A stretch of DNA of 63,918 nt, the filler included, from Limisphaerales bacterium (GTDB lineage: Bacteria > Verrucomicrobiota > Verrucomicrobiia > Limisphaerales > SIBE01), in NCBI GenBank assembly GCA_044225505.1. It is 3 parts of 3 records of this genome, joined end to end, with 100 filler letters (N's around TTAATTAATTAA, not from the genome) between each part and the next. Parts side by side here need not be neighbours in the genome. Positions count along the whole stretch, not along the records: positions 24,287 to 48,636 come from JBGAIN010000127.1; 2 more parts are not named here. One strand, 5' to 3'. This document shows, one piece after another, positions 26,184-36,719 of the stretch (the stretch's first letter is position 1; every line of letters starts with the position of its first letter). Below the pieces are notes generated by a model that made no database searches, had not been told where the DNA came from, and was given only the letters and a program-made list of their open reading frames with translations. The position numbers and the translations under genes are program-made.

Positions 26184-29100
26184 ATGAGTATCACTACGCT
26201 TTGGTCCTTTGGGCTGTTTACCCAACGAACGCTTGAGTCTCGTTCTGCCCTGCGGCACGTGGCCCATTTTAGCTCGTGTCGGGGTGTATTTGCCCTCTTT
26301 TCCGTCATCATTGGGGCGTGGGTGCTAACTTCGACCAGCCGTGCGGACGAGTTAATTCCTTTCGGTGCGACGTGGCGGTACCAAATTGGTCTGGGGGAGG
26401 CATCCTCACCTGCGGAGGCATGGCGTAAACCCGAATTCAGCGACAGCGCATGGGTGGAAGGCGCGGCTCCGGTAGGCTACGGGGAACCCGATATCGTGAC
26501 CACGATTCCGTCGAGCGCGGCGGGAGGGTGGCTGAGCGTGTTCTTCCGTCGGACGTTTGTTCTGAGCAACCCCGCTGGAGTTTCGGAGCTCGATCTGAGC
26601 GTCCGGATTGATGATGGGTTTGTCGCGTGGATCAACGGCGTTGAGATCGGTCGCTATAACGTTCCGGACGGCGAACTTGGGTTTGGTGGAAACGCCATTA
26701 CCGCGGCGGAACCGACGACTGTGTCTATTGTCCTCACCAATGATTTAAGCCAACTTCTGCGAACCGGCAACAACACGCTTGCGATCCACGCTTTTAACGC
26801 GAACTCCGGTAGTAGCGATTTACTGGTTGACGCCCACTTGCTTAGTACGTCGGACACGACCGCGCCGGAGGTGATCGAAACCGTCCCTCCCGCGGGCGCT
26901 CAAGTCCGCCAGCTTCGATTTGTTGAGGTGACCTTTAGCGAAAGCGTTCGCGGTGTGAATGCGTCGGACTTCTTGATCAACGGGTTCCCCGCAACGAATT
27001 TCACTCAAATTTCTCCGCGTCAGTATCAGTTCTCGTTTCCGGAGCCGGTTCAAGGTCCCGTCCAGATCGCCTGGGCGCCCGGTCACCAAATCACGGATCT
27101 GGCCAACCCTGGCAACGCGTTCGCGCCGTCGGCATGGTCCTATCAACTCGATCCCTCCGCGCCAGCGGCCCAGGTCATTATTTCGGAATTCCTCGCCGAC
27201 AATGCAGGCGGATTGAAAGATGACGATGGGAATCGTTCAGACTGGATCGAGTTGCTGAATCTCGGCACCGAGGCGGTTAATCTGCAAGACTGGGCGTTAA
27301 CCGACGAGCCAGAACGGCCGCAGAAATGGATGTTACCGCAATGGACCCTGCCGCCCAACTCATATCTTCTGATCTGGGCCTCGGAGAAGAATCGAACGAA
27401 CGTGGCGAACGCGCTGCACACGAATTTCAAGCTCAGCACCAGCGGCGAGTATTTGGCTTTGGTAGATTCCGATCGGAGAGTGGTCTCTCAATTCGCACCG
27501 ATCTATCCTTCGCAACGGCCAGATACATCGTATGGCCGCGACCGCGTCAATCCGGAGTTGGTCGGGTATTTTGCCACTCCGACTCCGGGGAAAGCCAATA
27601 CGACGTCGGGGACAGGATTTGCCCCGGACCCAGTCTTCTCTGTTCCTGGTGGCGTCTATTCCAGCACAAGCATCCCGGTGACTTTGAGCGCGCCGGCGGG
27701 CGAGATACGCTACACGACCGACGGAACCGCTCCGATCCCAAGTTCTCCGCTTTACAATGGGCCAATCACCGTCCGATCCACCACGGTGGTCCAAGCGCGC
27801 GTGTTCAAAGCCGGACTGCTACCGAGTGCGATCGTGGCTCAAACCTATACCTTGGTCGGGAACAACGCGGCGGAATTCAATTCCAATCTACCAATCCTCG
27901 TTGTCAACACCCTCAGTCGCGGCATACCCCAGGATCAGCGCGTACGGGCCTTTCTCAGCGCATTTGAGCCACACGACGGACGGGCACGATTGAAAGGGCA
28001 GCCAGATTACGATGGAGCCGTGCAAATCGAGGTGCGAGGTCAGACTTCTTCTGGATTTGCCAAAACTCCTTACAATCTGGAGACAGACGATCTTTATGGC
28101 AATGACATGGAAGTGCCGCTGCTTGGGCTTCCCGCAGAATCGGACTGGGTATTGCACAATCCGTTCTCAGACAAATGTCTGATGAACAACGTGCTGGCGT
28201 TCGAAGTGCACCGTGCCATGGGCCATTACGCGCCCAGGTGCCGCTTCGTGGAGGTCTTCGTGAAGACCGGCACTGGCCCGTTAAGTTATCCCGACGACTA
28301 CGCAGGGGTCTACGTCTTGATGGAGAAAATAAAGATTGATGGGAACCGGGTGGATATCGCCCGCTTGACGCCCGCGCACAACACCGAACCAGAAATCTCT
28401 GGGGGCTATATCATCAAGAAAGACAAAGACAGCCCGGGCGATTTGAGCTTCTCCACCCAGGGTGGCAGCCAGTTCAGCGGACAATCGCTGAAATATCACG
28501 AGCCCAAACCGCGCGAAATTACTTCCGCGCAACGAACCTGGATTGCCAATTACCTCAACCAATTCGAGAAGGCTCTTTACGCGACAGATTGGTTGAAACG
28601 GACGGGGACTAACCATTACTCCGCCTACGTCGATGTCGATTCGTTCGTGGATTACCATTGGATTGTCGAATTCACGAAGCAGATCGATGGCTATCGGTTG
28701 AGCAACTTCATGAGCAAAGATCGAGGCAAGCCGCTGCAAATGGCCCCGATCTGGGATTGGAACCTAGCGTGGGGAAATGCCGATTACCTAACGGGCGAAT
28801 TCACGAGCGGTTGGTATTACGCTCAAGTGGGAGACAACGAGCATATTTGGCTGCGGCGCATGATGGTGGGGACGCCTTTCGTCTCAACCGACGGGCAAGG
28901 GAAACCGGATTTCAGTCAAGGGGATCCGGATTTCAACCAAAAGATTATCGATCGTTGGGCCGTGCTACGTTCCAGTGCCCTCGCCGCATCGAACATTGTT
29001 CGGCGGATCGACGAAATCGCCGCCGACTTGAACGAGGCGCAGGCGCGAGACTTTGCCAAATACCCACGCCTCGATTCCTACGTTTGGCCGAACCCAGGTT

Positions 29101-31316
29101 TTTATATCGCCTCCACTTACGGCGAGATTTTTGAGGCGATGAAATCGTGGGTCCAAGGTCGGTTCGACTGGATCGATCGGCAGTATCTGGCGGCGCCCCA
29201 ACTGGGCTTGACCGCTGGGCCAATCCAGGCCGGGGCAAGACTGGGATTGTCCGCGGCCGCCGGTGCGATCCTTTATACTCTCGACGGCACGGATCCGCGT
29301 TTGCCGGGAGGCGCGGTTAATCCTCAAGCCCGCACCTATGCCGCTTCGCCCATTCCACTCGATCGGAACACGCGCGTCTTTGCGCGGGCCCGTCAGGGGA
29401 GCGGTTGGAGCGGTCCTGCCGTAGCAACATTTGTTGTTCAGACCCCGCCGCTCGTGGTGACGGAACTGATGTATCACCCAGCGGTCCCTCCCACCGGTGA
29501 CACCAATCCGGCCGACAGCTTTGAGTTCGTTGAGCTCAAGAACATCGGCACGGAAACCTTGGGACTGTCCGGATTCCGATTCACGCGCGGAATCGACTAT
29601 ACGTTCAGCAGCGCGAGCTCAGTGACGAGTTTGCCACCGGGCGGCTATGTTCTCCTGGTGAAGAATCGGGCGGCTTTCTCCGCGCGCTATCCTGGGGCAG
29701 TAAACATCGTCGCGGGCGAATATTCGGGCAGTCTCGATAATTCCGGAGAACGATTGACGCTGGAAGGTCCACTCCTCGAGCCAATTCTCGATTTCACCTA
29801 CAACAATGCTTGGCTCCCAATTACCGACGGGGCCGGGTTCTCGATGATCATTCGAAATCCTGCCGGGCCGTTCGAGTCCTGGAATTCCGCAACCGCATGG
29901 CGCTCCAGCAGCCGCTTGGGGGGATCCCCCGGAGCGGAAGATCCTGCGCCGGGAGCATGGCCAACGATTCTCGTTAACGAAGTCCTGAGCCGTCCGGAGT
30001 TACCACAGGTCGATGCGATCGAGTTGTTCAACCCGGGCACCGCCAATGTCGACCTTGGGGGTTGGTTCCTAAGCGACGATCTTTCCAATCCCAGGAAGTA
30101 TCGCCTGCCATCGCCCACGGTCATCAGCGCGGGTGGTTTCCTCGTGATTCGCGAAACAGCATTTGGAGCAGACCCCATGAACGGGTTCGGTCTGAGTTCC
30201 GCCGGGGATAGCATTTACCTTTTCTCTGGAGACGGGAACGAGTTGACCGGGTATGCGCACGGGTTTCGTTTCGGGGCTGCTGCTCCCGATGTGACGTTTG
30301 GCCGATATATTCCCAGCACGGGCGTCGAACACTGGGTCGCTCAGCAGACGAATACCCTGGGCGCGGCGAATTCTGGGCCGCGGGTCGGACCGATCATTAT
30401 CAACGAGATTATGTTCGCCCCGACCGCGTCCGGCTCGACCAACAATACCACGGATGAGTTTGTGGAATTGCTCAACGTCTCGTCGCAAACGGTGGCGCTT
30501 TATGATGCGGTGATCCGCACCAACACCTGGCGCCTGTCCGGCGGCGCGGACTTTCCGTTCCCGACCGGGGCATCGCTGCTGCCTGGTGAATTTGCGTTGC
30601 TGGTAAACTTTAACCCGACCAATACCGCATCGTTAGCGCGGTTCCGATCGCTTTATGCGCTGGATCCTGCCGTGCCGATCTTCGGCCCCCTGGCCGGGAA
30701 TCTGAACAACAGCGGCGAACGTTTGAGCCTGTCACGGCCCGATGTCGCCACCTCAATTGTGGTGACGAATCCTACTCTCCACATTCTCATCGATGAAGTG
30801 CACTACAGCGCCACGAGCCCGTGGCCAACGGGCGCCAATGCGACCGGGCAATCTCTCCAGAAAATCAACGCCAGTCAGTATGGCGACGATCCCGCGAATT
30901 GGAGGGTTGGTACTCCCACCGCAGGAAAGGCCAATGGCGCTGAGACAGGCGATTCGGACGCGGACGGATTGCCCGATGCTTGGGAACAACAGTACTTTGG
31001 TAATTTGAACGCTCGCCCAGAGGGTGATCCGGACGGCGATGGGTTAACGAATGCCCAGGAACTCGTCGCTGGCACATCGCCGATCGATCCGTCAAGCACC
31101 GTTGCTCTCGCGGCAGAAGCTCCAAGCACCGATACGGTCCGGCTGCGCTTCTCAACGGTGGCTGGCCGAAGTTATTCCATCCTCGGTGCGGATGCTCTGG
31201 AGGGTCCCTGGCAAGTCATTCAAACCATCCCGACCGCGTCGGGGACGGTCGAGTCGTTCACGGTCGACGGAACGGCGCGCGCGAAGTTTTATCAGTTGCG
31301 TGTGAACACGCCCTGA
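26184..31316 (+). CDS. Large secreted lamin-tail-domain / CotH kinase-family protein (start uncertain)
   Basis: Four LTD-like units (IISEFLADN..DWIELLN, VTELMYHP, VNEVL, INEIMF); CotH motifs IEVRGQTS, GVYVLMEKIK, PIWDWNLAWG; DSDADGLPDAWE repeat. Confidence 0.88.
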   Translation: MSITTLWSFGLFTQRTLESRSALRHVAHFSSCRGVFALFSVIIGAWVLTSTSRADELIPFGATWRYQIGLGEASSPAEAWRKPEFSDSAWVEGAAPVGYGEPDIVTTIPSSAAGGWLSVFFRRTFVLSNPAGVSELDLSVRIDDGFVAWINGVEIGRYNVPDGELGFGGNAITAAEPTTVSIVLTNDLSQLLRTGNNTLAIHAFNANSGSSDLLVDAHLLSTSDTTAPEVIETVPPAGAQVRQLRFVEVTFSESVRGVNASDFLINGFPATNFTQISPRQYQFSFPEPVQGPVQIAWAPGHQITDLANPGNAFAPSAWSYQLDPSAPAAQVIISEFLADNAGGLKDDDGNRSDWIELLNLGTEAVNLQDWALTDEPERPQKWMLPQWTLPPNSYLLIWASEKNRTNVANALHTNFKLSTSGEYLALVDSDRRVVSQFAPIYPSQRPDTSYGRDRVNPELVGYFATPTPGKANTTSGTGFAPDPVFSVPGGVYSSTSIPVTLSAPAGEIRYTTDGTAPIPSSPLYNGPITVRSTTVVQARVFKAGLLPSAIVAQTYTLVGNNAAEFNSNLPILVVNTLSRGIPQDQRVRAFLSAFEPHDGRARLKGQPDYDGAVQIEVRGQTSSGFAKTPYNLETDDLYGNDMEVPLLGLPAESDWVLHNPFSDKCLMNNVLAFEVHRAMGHYAPRCRFVEVFVKTGTGPLSYPDDYAGVYVLMEKIKIDGNRVDIARLTPAHNTEPEISGGYIIKKDKDSPGDLSFSTQGGSQFSGQSLKYHEPKPREITSAQRTWIANYLNQFEKALYATDWLKRTGTNHYSAYVDVDSFVDYHWIVEFTKQIDGYRLSNFMSKDRGKPLQMAPIWDWNLAWGNADYLTGEFTSGWYYAQVGDNEHIWLRRMMVGTPFVSTDGQGKPDFSQGDPDFNQKIIDRWAVLRSSALAASNIVRRIDEIAADLNEAQARDFAKYPRLDSYVWPNPGFYIASTYGEIFEAMKSWVQGRFDWIDRQYLAAPQLGLTAGPIQAGARLGLSAAAGAILYTLDGTDPRLPGGAVNPQARTYAASPIPLDRNTRVFARARQGSGWSGPAVATFVVQTPPLVVTELMYHPAVPPTGDTNPADSFEFVELKNIGTETLGLSGFRFTRGIDYTFSSASSVTSLPPGGYVLLVKNRAAFSARYPGAVNIVAGEYSGSLDNSGERLTLEGPLLEPILDFTYNNAWLPITDGAGFSMIIRNPAGPFESWNSATAWRSSSRLGGSPGAEDPAPGAWPTILVNEVLSRPELPQVDAIELFNPGTANVDLGGWFLSDDLSNPRKYRLPSPTVISAGGFLVIRETAFGADPMNGFGLSSAGDSIYLFSGDGNELTGYAHGFRFGAAAPDVTFGRYIPSTGVEHWVAQQTNTLGAANSGPRVGPIIINEIMFAPTASGSTNNTTDEFVELLNVSSQTVALYDAVIRTNTWRLSGGADFPFPTGASLLPGEFALLVNFNPTNTASLARFRSLYALDPAVPIFGPLAGNLNNSGERLSLSRPDVATSIVVTNPTLHILIDEVHYSATSPWPTGANATGQSLQKINASQYGDDPANWRVGTPTAGKANGAETGDSDADGLPDAWEQQYFGNLNARPEGDPDGDGLTNAQELVAGTSPIDPSSTVALAAEAPSTDTVRLRFSTVAGRSYSILGADALEGPWQVIQTIPTASGTVESFTVDGTARAKFYQLRVNTP

Positions 31317-31774
31317 ACCAAGAGGGGCAAGGCGATTGCCATCCTCGGACAGGAGTCCTTTCATACGAATGGGCACTCCATCCGTTCGATTGCGCTGAAC
31401 TGGAATCGCGTTCGCTGCCAAGAGCCCTTAAACTGGGCTGTCGGTTAAAGTGAATCCTGAGCCATCCCAATACCGTACTCTTCCGTCTTTCTTAACGGCG
31501 ATCGTGTTTTGATAACCCGCCACGACTTCTCTCCAGGTCGGGTTGAAAGGTTGACTGTCGAAGGCCCTCGCAGCGGACGCGGAGGCTGCTGCTATGCGGT
31601 TGCGCGTCCCGGCCTGCCGACAATCGCTTCGCCTCGTCCGGCCAAAATCTAGCCAACAACCGGCCCACCATGTTCACGGGCGGCTCCAGGCTCCATAGGG
31701 CCTTGCTGGCTGCAAACACCGACAAGCGTTGTAATTGAGTCCCCGACGCCGGCCTTCTACCGTTCTAATCAGTC

Positions 31775-32083
31775 ATGCACGCCTTGCATCCAATCCTGGA
31801 AAACCCAGGCGGGTCCATCAGCACTTGGTTCCTGGTCCTGGGACTATTCCTCCCTCGGGTCACCCTCTTGGCGGCCTACTTCACCCACACCGTTCCGCCG
31901 AACAACGTCCCCTTCGTTTTTGATGCGATCGGGACGGTATTCCTGCCCAGAGTTCTGATCTGCATGTTTATTGCCAATAACATGGGCTACAATGAATGGT
32001 TCTGGCTTCACCTGATCGTCGCTTTGATCGTCTACGGAGCCAGCTCGGCGAAAGGCCAAAAGGCGCTGCGCCGAAAGGAGTGA
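31775..32083 (+). CDS. Small membrane protein with repeated FLPRV motif
   Basis: 102 aa, about 3 hydrophobic segments. Confidence 0.65.
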   Translation: MHALHPILENPGGSISTWFLVLGLFLPRVTLLAAYFTHTVPPNNVPFVFDAIGTVFLPRVLICMFIANNMGYNEWFWLHLIVALIVYGASSAKGQKALRRKE

Positions 32084-32310
32084 CGGCGTAGGCCAGAAGC
32101 GGATTGACCGAGGTGGTTGCACATTTAGGAGATCGTCGAATGCCCCGTTGGGGCGATACATTTTAGAGATCTTAAACCGCGGCCGGTGGGGCCCCGTCTA
32201 CGAAAGCTCAGACCGTCGGTCTGCAGAAAGGCTCATACGTCCTGGGGTCTGCACTTTTTTCTGGCGCTGGAAAGCGGTAAGCGGGATGATTCGGGCACAC
32301 CAGTTCGCCT

Positions 32311-34974
32311 ATGAAGCCCAATCTCGATCGAGCCTGGTTTCCAGGTTTAGTCCTGGCCGGGGCCTTGGTTTTTCCCGTTCCCCATCAAGCGGTGGACAAC
32401 GCCTCGGAGATTCGCATAGCGGCCGCGATTTCAAGTGATCAGCTCGAGCTGACCTGGTCGCCTGGCCTGGTGGGACAATCGTATACTGTTCAGTTTCGCG
32501 ATTCGCTCTCGGCTGGCGCTTGGCGTGACGCGGCTGGAGCCTGGCCGATTTCGGCTACGCACTGGATTGATCCGATTGCAGGCACGCAACTCGTCCGGTT
32601 CTATCGGGTTATGGCTCAGGCGCCAGAGATTCATCCCCCGCCGCTCTCCCTCTCCCAGCTCTCAGACCTGGACGAAGACGGATTGAGCACGTATGCAGAA
32701 GGCAATCTCGGGACGGACCCTGCTCTCGCCGACACGGATCACGACGGCTTGGTGGATGGCTATGAAGTTTTCCTGCGCGATGATCCCCACCATGCTTCTC
32801 TCTCCACGGATCCGCGAAAGACAGATTCCAATGGCGACTTCATCGATGACTTCTTAGAGGTCTACGCCCGGGTCAACGCCCTGCCGTTGCCCGCGACCGG
32901 AATCACCGATACGGACGGAGACGGTCTAACAGATCGTCAGGAATTCTTCCTTCCAGATCGTCAGGAATTCTTCCTTCGAACCAAGGCGACTGCGACGGAC
33001 TCGGACGGTGACGGCGTGGCCGACCGCGCAGAGTTGATGCGAGGCGGCAATCCCGCGAACGCCGCGGACGGCGGGGACGGGCGCTTCTACATCCAGTTCG
33101 GCGCCCGCGAAGAGATGCATTATCTCTTCGACCCATCGGTCATGGGAATCGGCATCGACACCCTGAAGTTGACCATCGGGTACGTGCAGCCGCCCCCCAC
33201 TGGCTCGCCGGGTATCCTGCCATCCGCCGCGCGCATGTTGGCCGATTCACCTGGCAATCCGCCGATTGGGACGGGAGATGGGGGACGGGACATCTACATG
33301 GTTTACGTCGTGACCTTGCGAAACGGGGATAAGGCAGCCGTAGTCCCTAAAAACGTCTGCCCCACTGGCTTAGTCCGCCTGTGTCCCCAACTTCTGCGGC
33401 AGGAGAAGGTAACCTTGCACGACGGACGAGTCGTGACCATGACCACGATCGTCCCTTTCAGCGAGATCCCCCTCCCCGTGTTGCAGCAATGCTGCGTGAA
33501 TGACGCGGGCGCCGTCGATCCCGACTCGCTCCTGGGCAAGCTGGCGGAGTTGTTCGGCAATGACATTGAGGTCTTGCGGACCGTTGCCAATTTCGTGTTG
33601 AAGCACGGCCTCGTCGTCCTGGACGAAAAGGATCGCGACCGCATGTTCGCGACGCGGCTGAAATTCATCCGTTGCTGCAACATGGACGTCGTGAGCGCGA
33701 CGGCGGCCGCCATGGCGATCATGGTGGCGGTGAACACGGACAACCTGGCGGTCGAGTTCGTCTTGCAGCTGTTGCCGGCACACCTGGGCGATGTGATCAG
33801 CCTCGCCGATCGCGCCCTTCTCGCAGGGATGCTCCAGGATTTCGGTGACGGCCTCATCCCGGATGACGCCGTCACCCAGTTCCTCTGTGATCTCGTCGTA
33901 AAATATCTTTGCCCCAACGCTCCAACGCCTACGCCGCCAGGCTGCTCCGGCAATGACAGCCCATTGCCCGGCGCCCAAACCCCGCAGCGCCCGCCCCACA
34001 CCGGCGAAAGCGATCCTGATCAGCCGGGCGACGGTAATGGGCGCGACGAACCGGTGGGGCACAGTGTCCCACCGCCTTACGACCGCGACGACCCGCCCCC
34101 GGAGAATCCGAAAGGCAACAAGGCGCCTCCAGGCGGAGCGGAAGACCGTGAAGCTGGACAGGAGGACAAGCGTGGGATCGCGGGACCCAAGGGCGGGCCC
34201 GGCGATCCGAAACCCGGCCCGCCTCCCGGTGGCACGCCCGGTGGAGGGCCGTTTCCCATCCCTTACCTTCTCGACGACCCTCCACCGACCAACTTTCCCA
34301 CGGGCTGGCGATTCGAGTTCGGCGATGCGCCGGATGCCGGACTCTTAGCCGGCTATCCAGTGCCAAATGACGCTGTCGTGGGACGATTCGCGACGGTTTA
34401 CCGGACGTCGAATTCACGCTATAGCCAACCCGGCGCGCATATCGTTTATCCTGGCTATTTCTGGCTGGGGGTCCGTTACTCCCGCGAGGCCGACGCACTC
34501 TCGGGAGACGAAGATCCAGAGCCCAATCTCGATCCCAGTGCCAAGCTTTCGAATCGGGACTTTTATGACGACGGCTTGTTGCTCCCAATCTCTGTGAATC
34601 CGTGCGGTTTTACGGGTTTGCACATTACGGTGAATAGTTGGGCCAATACGCCCGCAAGTTCCCCGTACGTCAATGTGTTGATCGATTTCAATCGGGACGG
34701 AGAATGGTCCGGAGCTGTGGAGGGCGCAGCCGAATGGGCGGTTCAAAACCTTCGTTTCGACCTGAAACCAGGTGAAGAGCAGGTTGTCCCGCTGCCGCCT
34801 GTGCAGACACCCTGCACACCCTTTCCAGCGTGGATGCGCATTCTAGTCAGCGATTTGCCGGTTCCACTGGTTGAGCTCGGCTCAAAGGGCGGGTGGGACG
34901 GCAGCGGCCGTTTCAACTTCGGCGAAGTCGAAGACTATTATGTCGAGCAAAAACCAGGCGCCGGGCCGCAATGA
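32311..34974 (+). CDS. Secreted protein with Ca-binding DxDxDG repeats, Cys-containing helical middle, Pro-rich linker and C-terminal GEVED domain
   Basis: DTDHDG/DTDGDG/DSDGDG repeats; EFGDAPD; IDFNRDG; GEVEDY. Confidence 0.8.
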   Translation: MKPNLDRAWFPGLVLAGALVFPVPHQAVDNASEIRIAAAISSDQLELTWSPGLVGQSYTVQFRDSLSAGAWRDAAGAWPISATHWIDPIAGTQLVRFYRVMAQAPEIHPPPLSLSQLSDLDEDGLSTYAEGNLGTDPALADTDHDGLVDGYEVFLRDDPHHASLSTDPRKTDSNGDFIDDFLEVYARVNALPLPATGITDTDGDGLTDRQEFFLPDRQEFFLRTKATATDSDGDGVADRAELMRGGNPANAADGGDGRFYIQFGAREEMHYLFDPSVMGIGIDTLKLTIGYVQPPPTGSPGILPSAARMLADSPGNPPIGTGDGGRDIYMVYVVTLRNGDKAAVVPKNVCPTGLVRLCPQLLRQEKVTLHDGRVVTMTTIVPFSEIPLPVLQQCCVNDAGAVDPDSLLGKLAELFGNDIEVLRTVANFVLKHGLVVLDEKDRDRMFATRLKFIRCCNMDVVSATAAAMAIMVAVNTDNLAVEFVLQLLPAHLGDVISLADRALLAGMLQDFGDGLIPDDAVTQFLCDLVVKYLCPNAPTPTPPGCSGNDSPLPGAQTPQRPPHTGESDPDQPGDGNGRDEPVGHSVPPPYDRDDPPPENPKGNKAPPGGAEDREAGQEDKRGIAGPKGGPGDPKPGPPPGGTPGGGPFPIPYLLDDPPPTNFPTGWRFEFGDAPDAGLLAGYPVPNDAVVGRFATVYRTSNSRYSQPGAHIVYPGYFWLGVRYSREADALSGDEDPEPNLDPSAKLSNRDFYDDGLLLPISVNPCGFTGLHITVNSWANTPASSPYVNVLIDFNRDGEWSGAVEGAAEWAVQNLRFDLKPGEEQVVPLPPVQTPCTPFPAWMRILVSDLPVPLVELGSKGGWDGSGRFNFGEVEDYYVEQKPGAGPQ
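32930..32977. repeat. Perfect 24-bp in-frame tandem duplication
   Basis: CAGATCGTCAGGAATTCTTCCTTC twice (DRQEFFL-P-DRQEFFL). Confidence 0.95.
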
Positions 34975-35392
34975 GGCTAAGACCGGGAGCCTTTGAGACC
35001 GCGAACTCGATTCCTTGTCAGCCTAAACCAGTATTCGTACGAATCGCGGGCTTCGCGGGCCATCACGGTTTGGCGTCCGCCTTCGAGCCGCGAAGCAGTC
35101 GCGATACAGACGCAGAACTTTCTTGCTAGAAAGTCCCAGCGCAAAGGCCCGCCGGAGCCAGTTTCGATCGCGCATATTGCGGCCGTAAAGGCGGTTTAAT
35201 TCGCAGATGACTTCGCCGCGGGAGGTGGCGGTGCCGACATCGCGGATGAAATCCAAGTTTTCGCGGAAAAAGGACCTATTCAGCTTTCGAAGCAGGCAAG
35301 CAAACGGACGCGCATGCCAATTGAGGCATTTCCCGAAGATCTCTCGATCAGACTGCTCCGGGGCACACCCCTGAAACTCGCAGATGCTCAAG

Positions 35393-35426
35393 AAAAACGG
35401 CCACGCCGAAATCCAGCGCGGCCGTT
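35393..35426 (-). terminator. Rho-independent terminator of the DUF1080 gene
   Basis: AACGGCC/GGCCGTT stem followed by a T run on the minus strand. Confidence 0.55.
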
Positions 35427-35494
35427 CCGATGAGATGCGGAGGAGGCCTTAGGCCGTGGCGGATTTAAGAATCCGGACGACCCATCGTCGTAGA

Positions 35495-36496
35495 CTAGTT
35501 TTTGAGCTCGACCAGCCAGGCGTTGCGGTAACGCACGCGGTTTCCATGGTCCTGCAATTGCAGCGGACCGGTGGCCACGTTGGCCGGGGGCTTGCCAGGT
35601 TCGTGTCCGGCCGTTGCGCCCTCGATCTCGACGTTGTCGTGCACTTTCACGCCGTTCAGTTCAACCGTCACACGCGCCTTTTCCTTCACCGTCCCGTCCG
35701 AATTCATTCGCGGAGCTCGGAAAACAATATCGTAAGTCTGCCAGGTTTCCGGAGGAAAGCTCGCATTCACCTTGGGCCGGGCTTGACTGTAGAGCGCCGC
35801 GCAATCGCCTGCAGACGGCACCAGGCCGAACGAGTCCAGCACCTGGACCTCGTAGAGGTTATTGATGATCACGCCGCTATTCGCCCGGCCTTGCCCGAAA
35901 CTGTCCGCCATCAACGGTAGCCAAAACTCCAAGTGCAGCTTGATATCGCCAAAGTTCTGCTTCGTCGTGATCGACCCTTTGCTCGGTTCGCATTGGAGGC
36001 TGCCGTCCTCCTGGGGCTTCCAGGCGCCGCCTTTCCAAGCCGAACTGTCCGGTGCTTTTCCCGGGGTATAGGGCAGCAGCACCACGGCATCGCTCGGAGG
36101 TTGCAGACCCTCCGAAGGTGACTTGCGCTTGATCTTATTCAGTTCCGCGCTCATCCCATAATACCCCGGCTCCGCGAACAGCCTGTCACCCGTCAACCTC
36201 CCACGCCACTGTGCCGCATTGGCTCGCCCAAACAAATTCACTCGGTTGCCTTGTTGCACTCCGTAGATTTCAAATTGGGACGTCGGCTCTCCTGCCGCCA
36301 ATGGTTCTGCCTGCAACACCACTCGATAATATCCTGGCCCTTCAGCGATGACTTTGGCCGTGGCTTTGGTCTTTTGCGCTTGGTCAGCGCTAAAAGTGCC
36401 TTCGTACTCGCCCATGAAAGGATCTTCGGCCATGGCACGGCCGGTTAAGAGCATACCGCCGAGGGCGGCGCCAATCGCGAATCGTTGCAGGTTCAT
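35495..36496 (-). CDS. Secreted DUF1080 (3-keto-disaccharide hydrolase-like) protein
   Basis: Start reassigned to MNLQRF; KLHLEF, GRANSGV, YEVQVLDS, WQTYDIVF, LQDHGNRVRYRN. Confidence 0.88.
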   Translation of the reverse strand: MNLQRFAIGAALGGMLLTGRAMAEDPFMGEYEGTFSADQAQKTKATAKVIAEGPGYYRVVLQAEPLAAGEPTSQFEIYGVQQGNRVNLFGRANAAQWRGRLTGDRLFAEPGYYGMSAELNKIKRKSPSEGLQPPSDAVVLLPYTPGKAPDSSAWKGGAWKPQEDGSLQCEPSKGSITTKQNFGDIKLHLEFWLPLMADSFGQGRANSGVIINNLYEVQVLDSFGLVPSAGDCAALYSQARPKVNASFPPETWQTYDIVFRAPRMNSDGTVKEKARVTVELNGVKVHDNVEIEGATAGHEPGKPPANVATGPLQLQDHGNRVRYRNAWLVELKN

Positions 36497-36719
36497 GCGC
36501 CAGATCCTACGACTCCTGAAAATGCGGTCAATCGATTTGCTGAACAACCATGACCAATACCTGCAACATTGAGTACCCTCGGCTCGTCAACTTTCGGTGG
36601 GGTTTCACGGCGCAGCCATCCTCGAAATTTGCTAGGTTGGATTTTCCCCTTTTCCGAAACGCGCGGGTGGGTATAGTTCTCGGAACCAGTTAAACCGTAA
36701 ACTAACAGCAGGCAATTTT

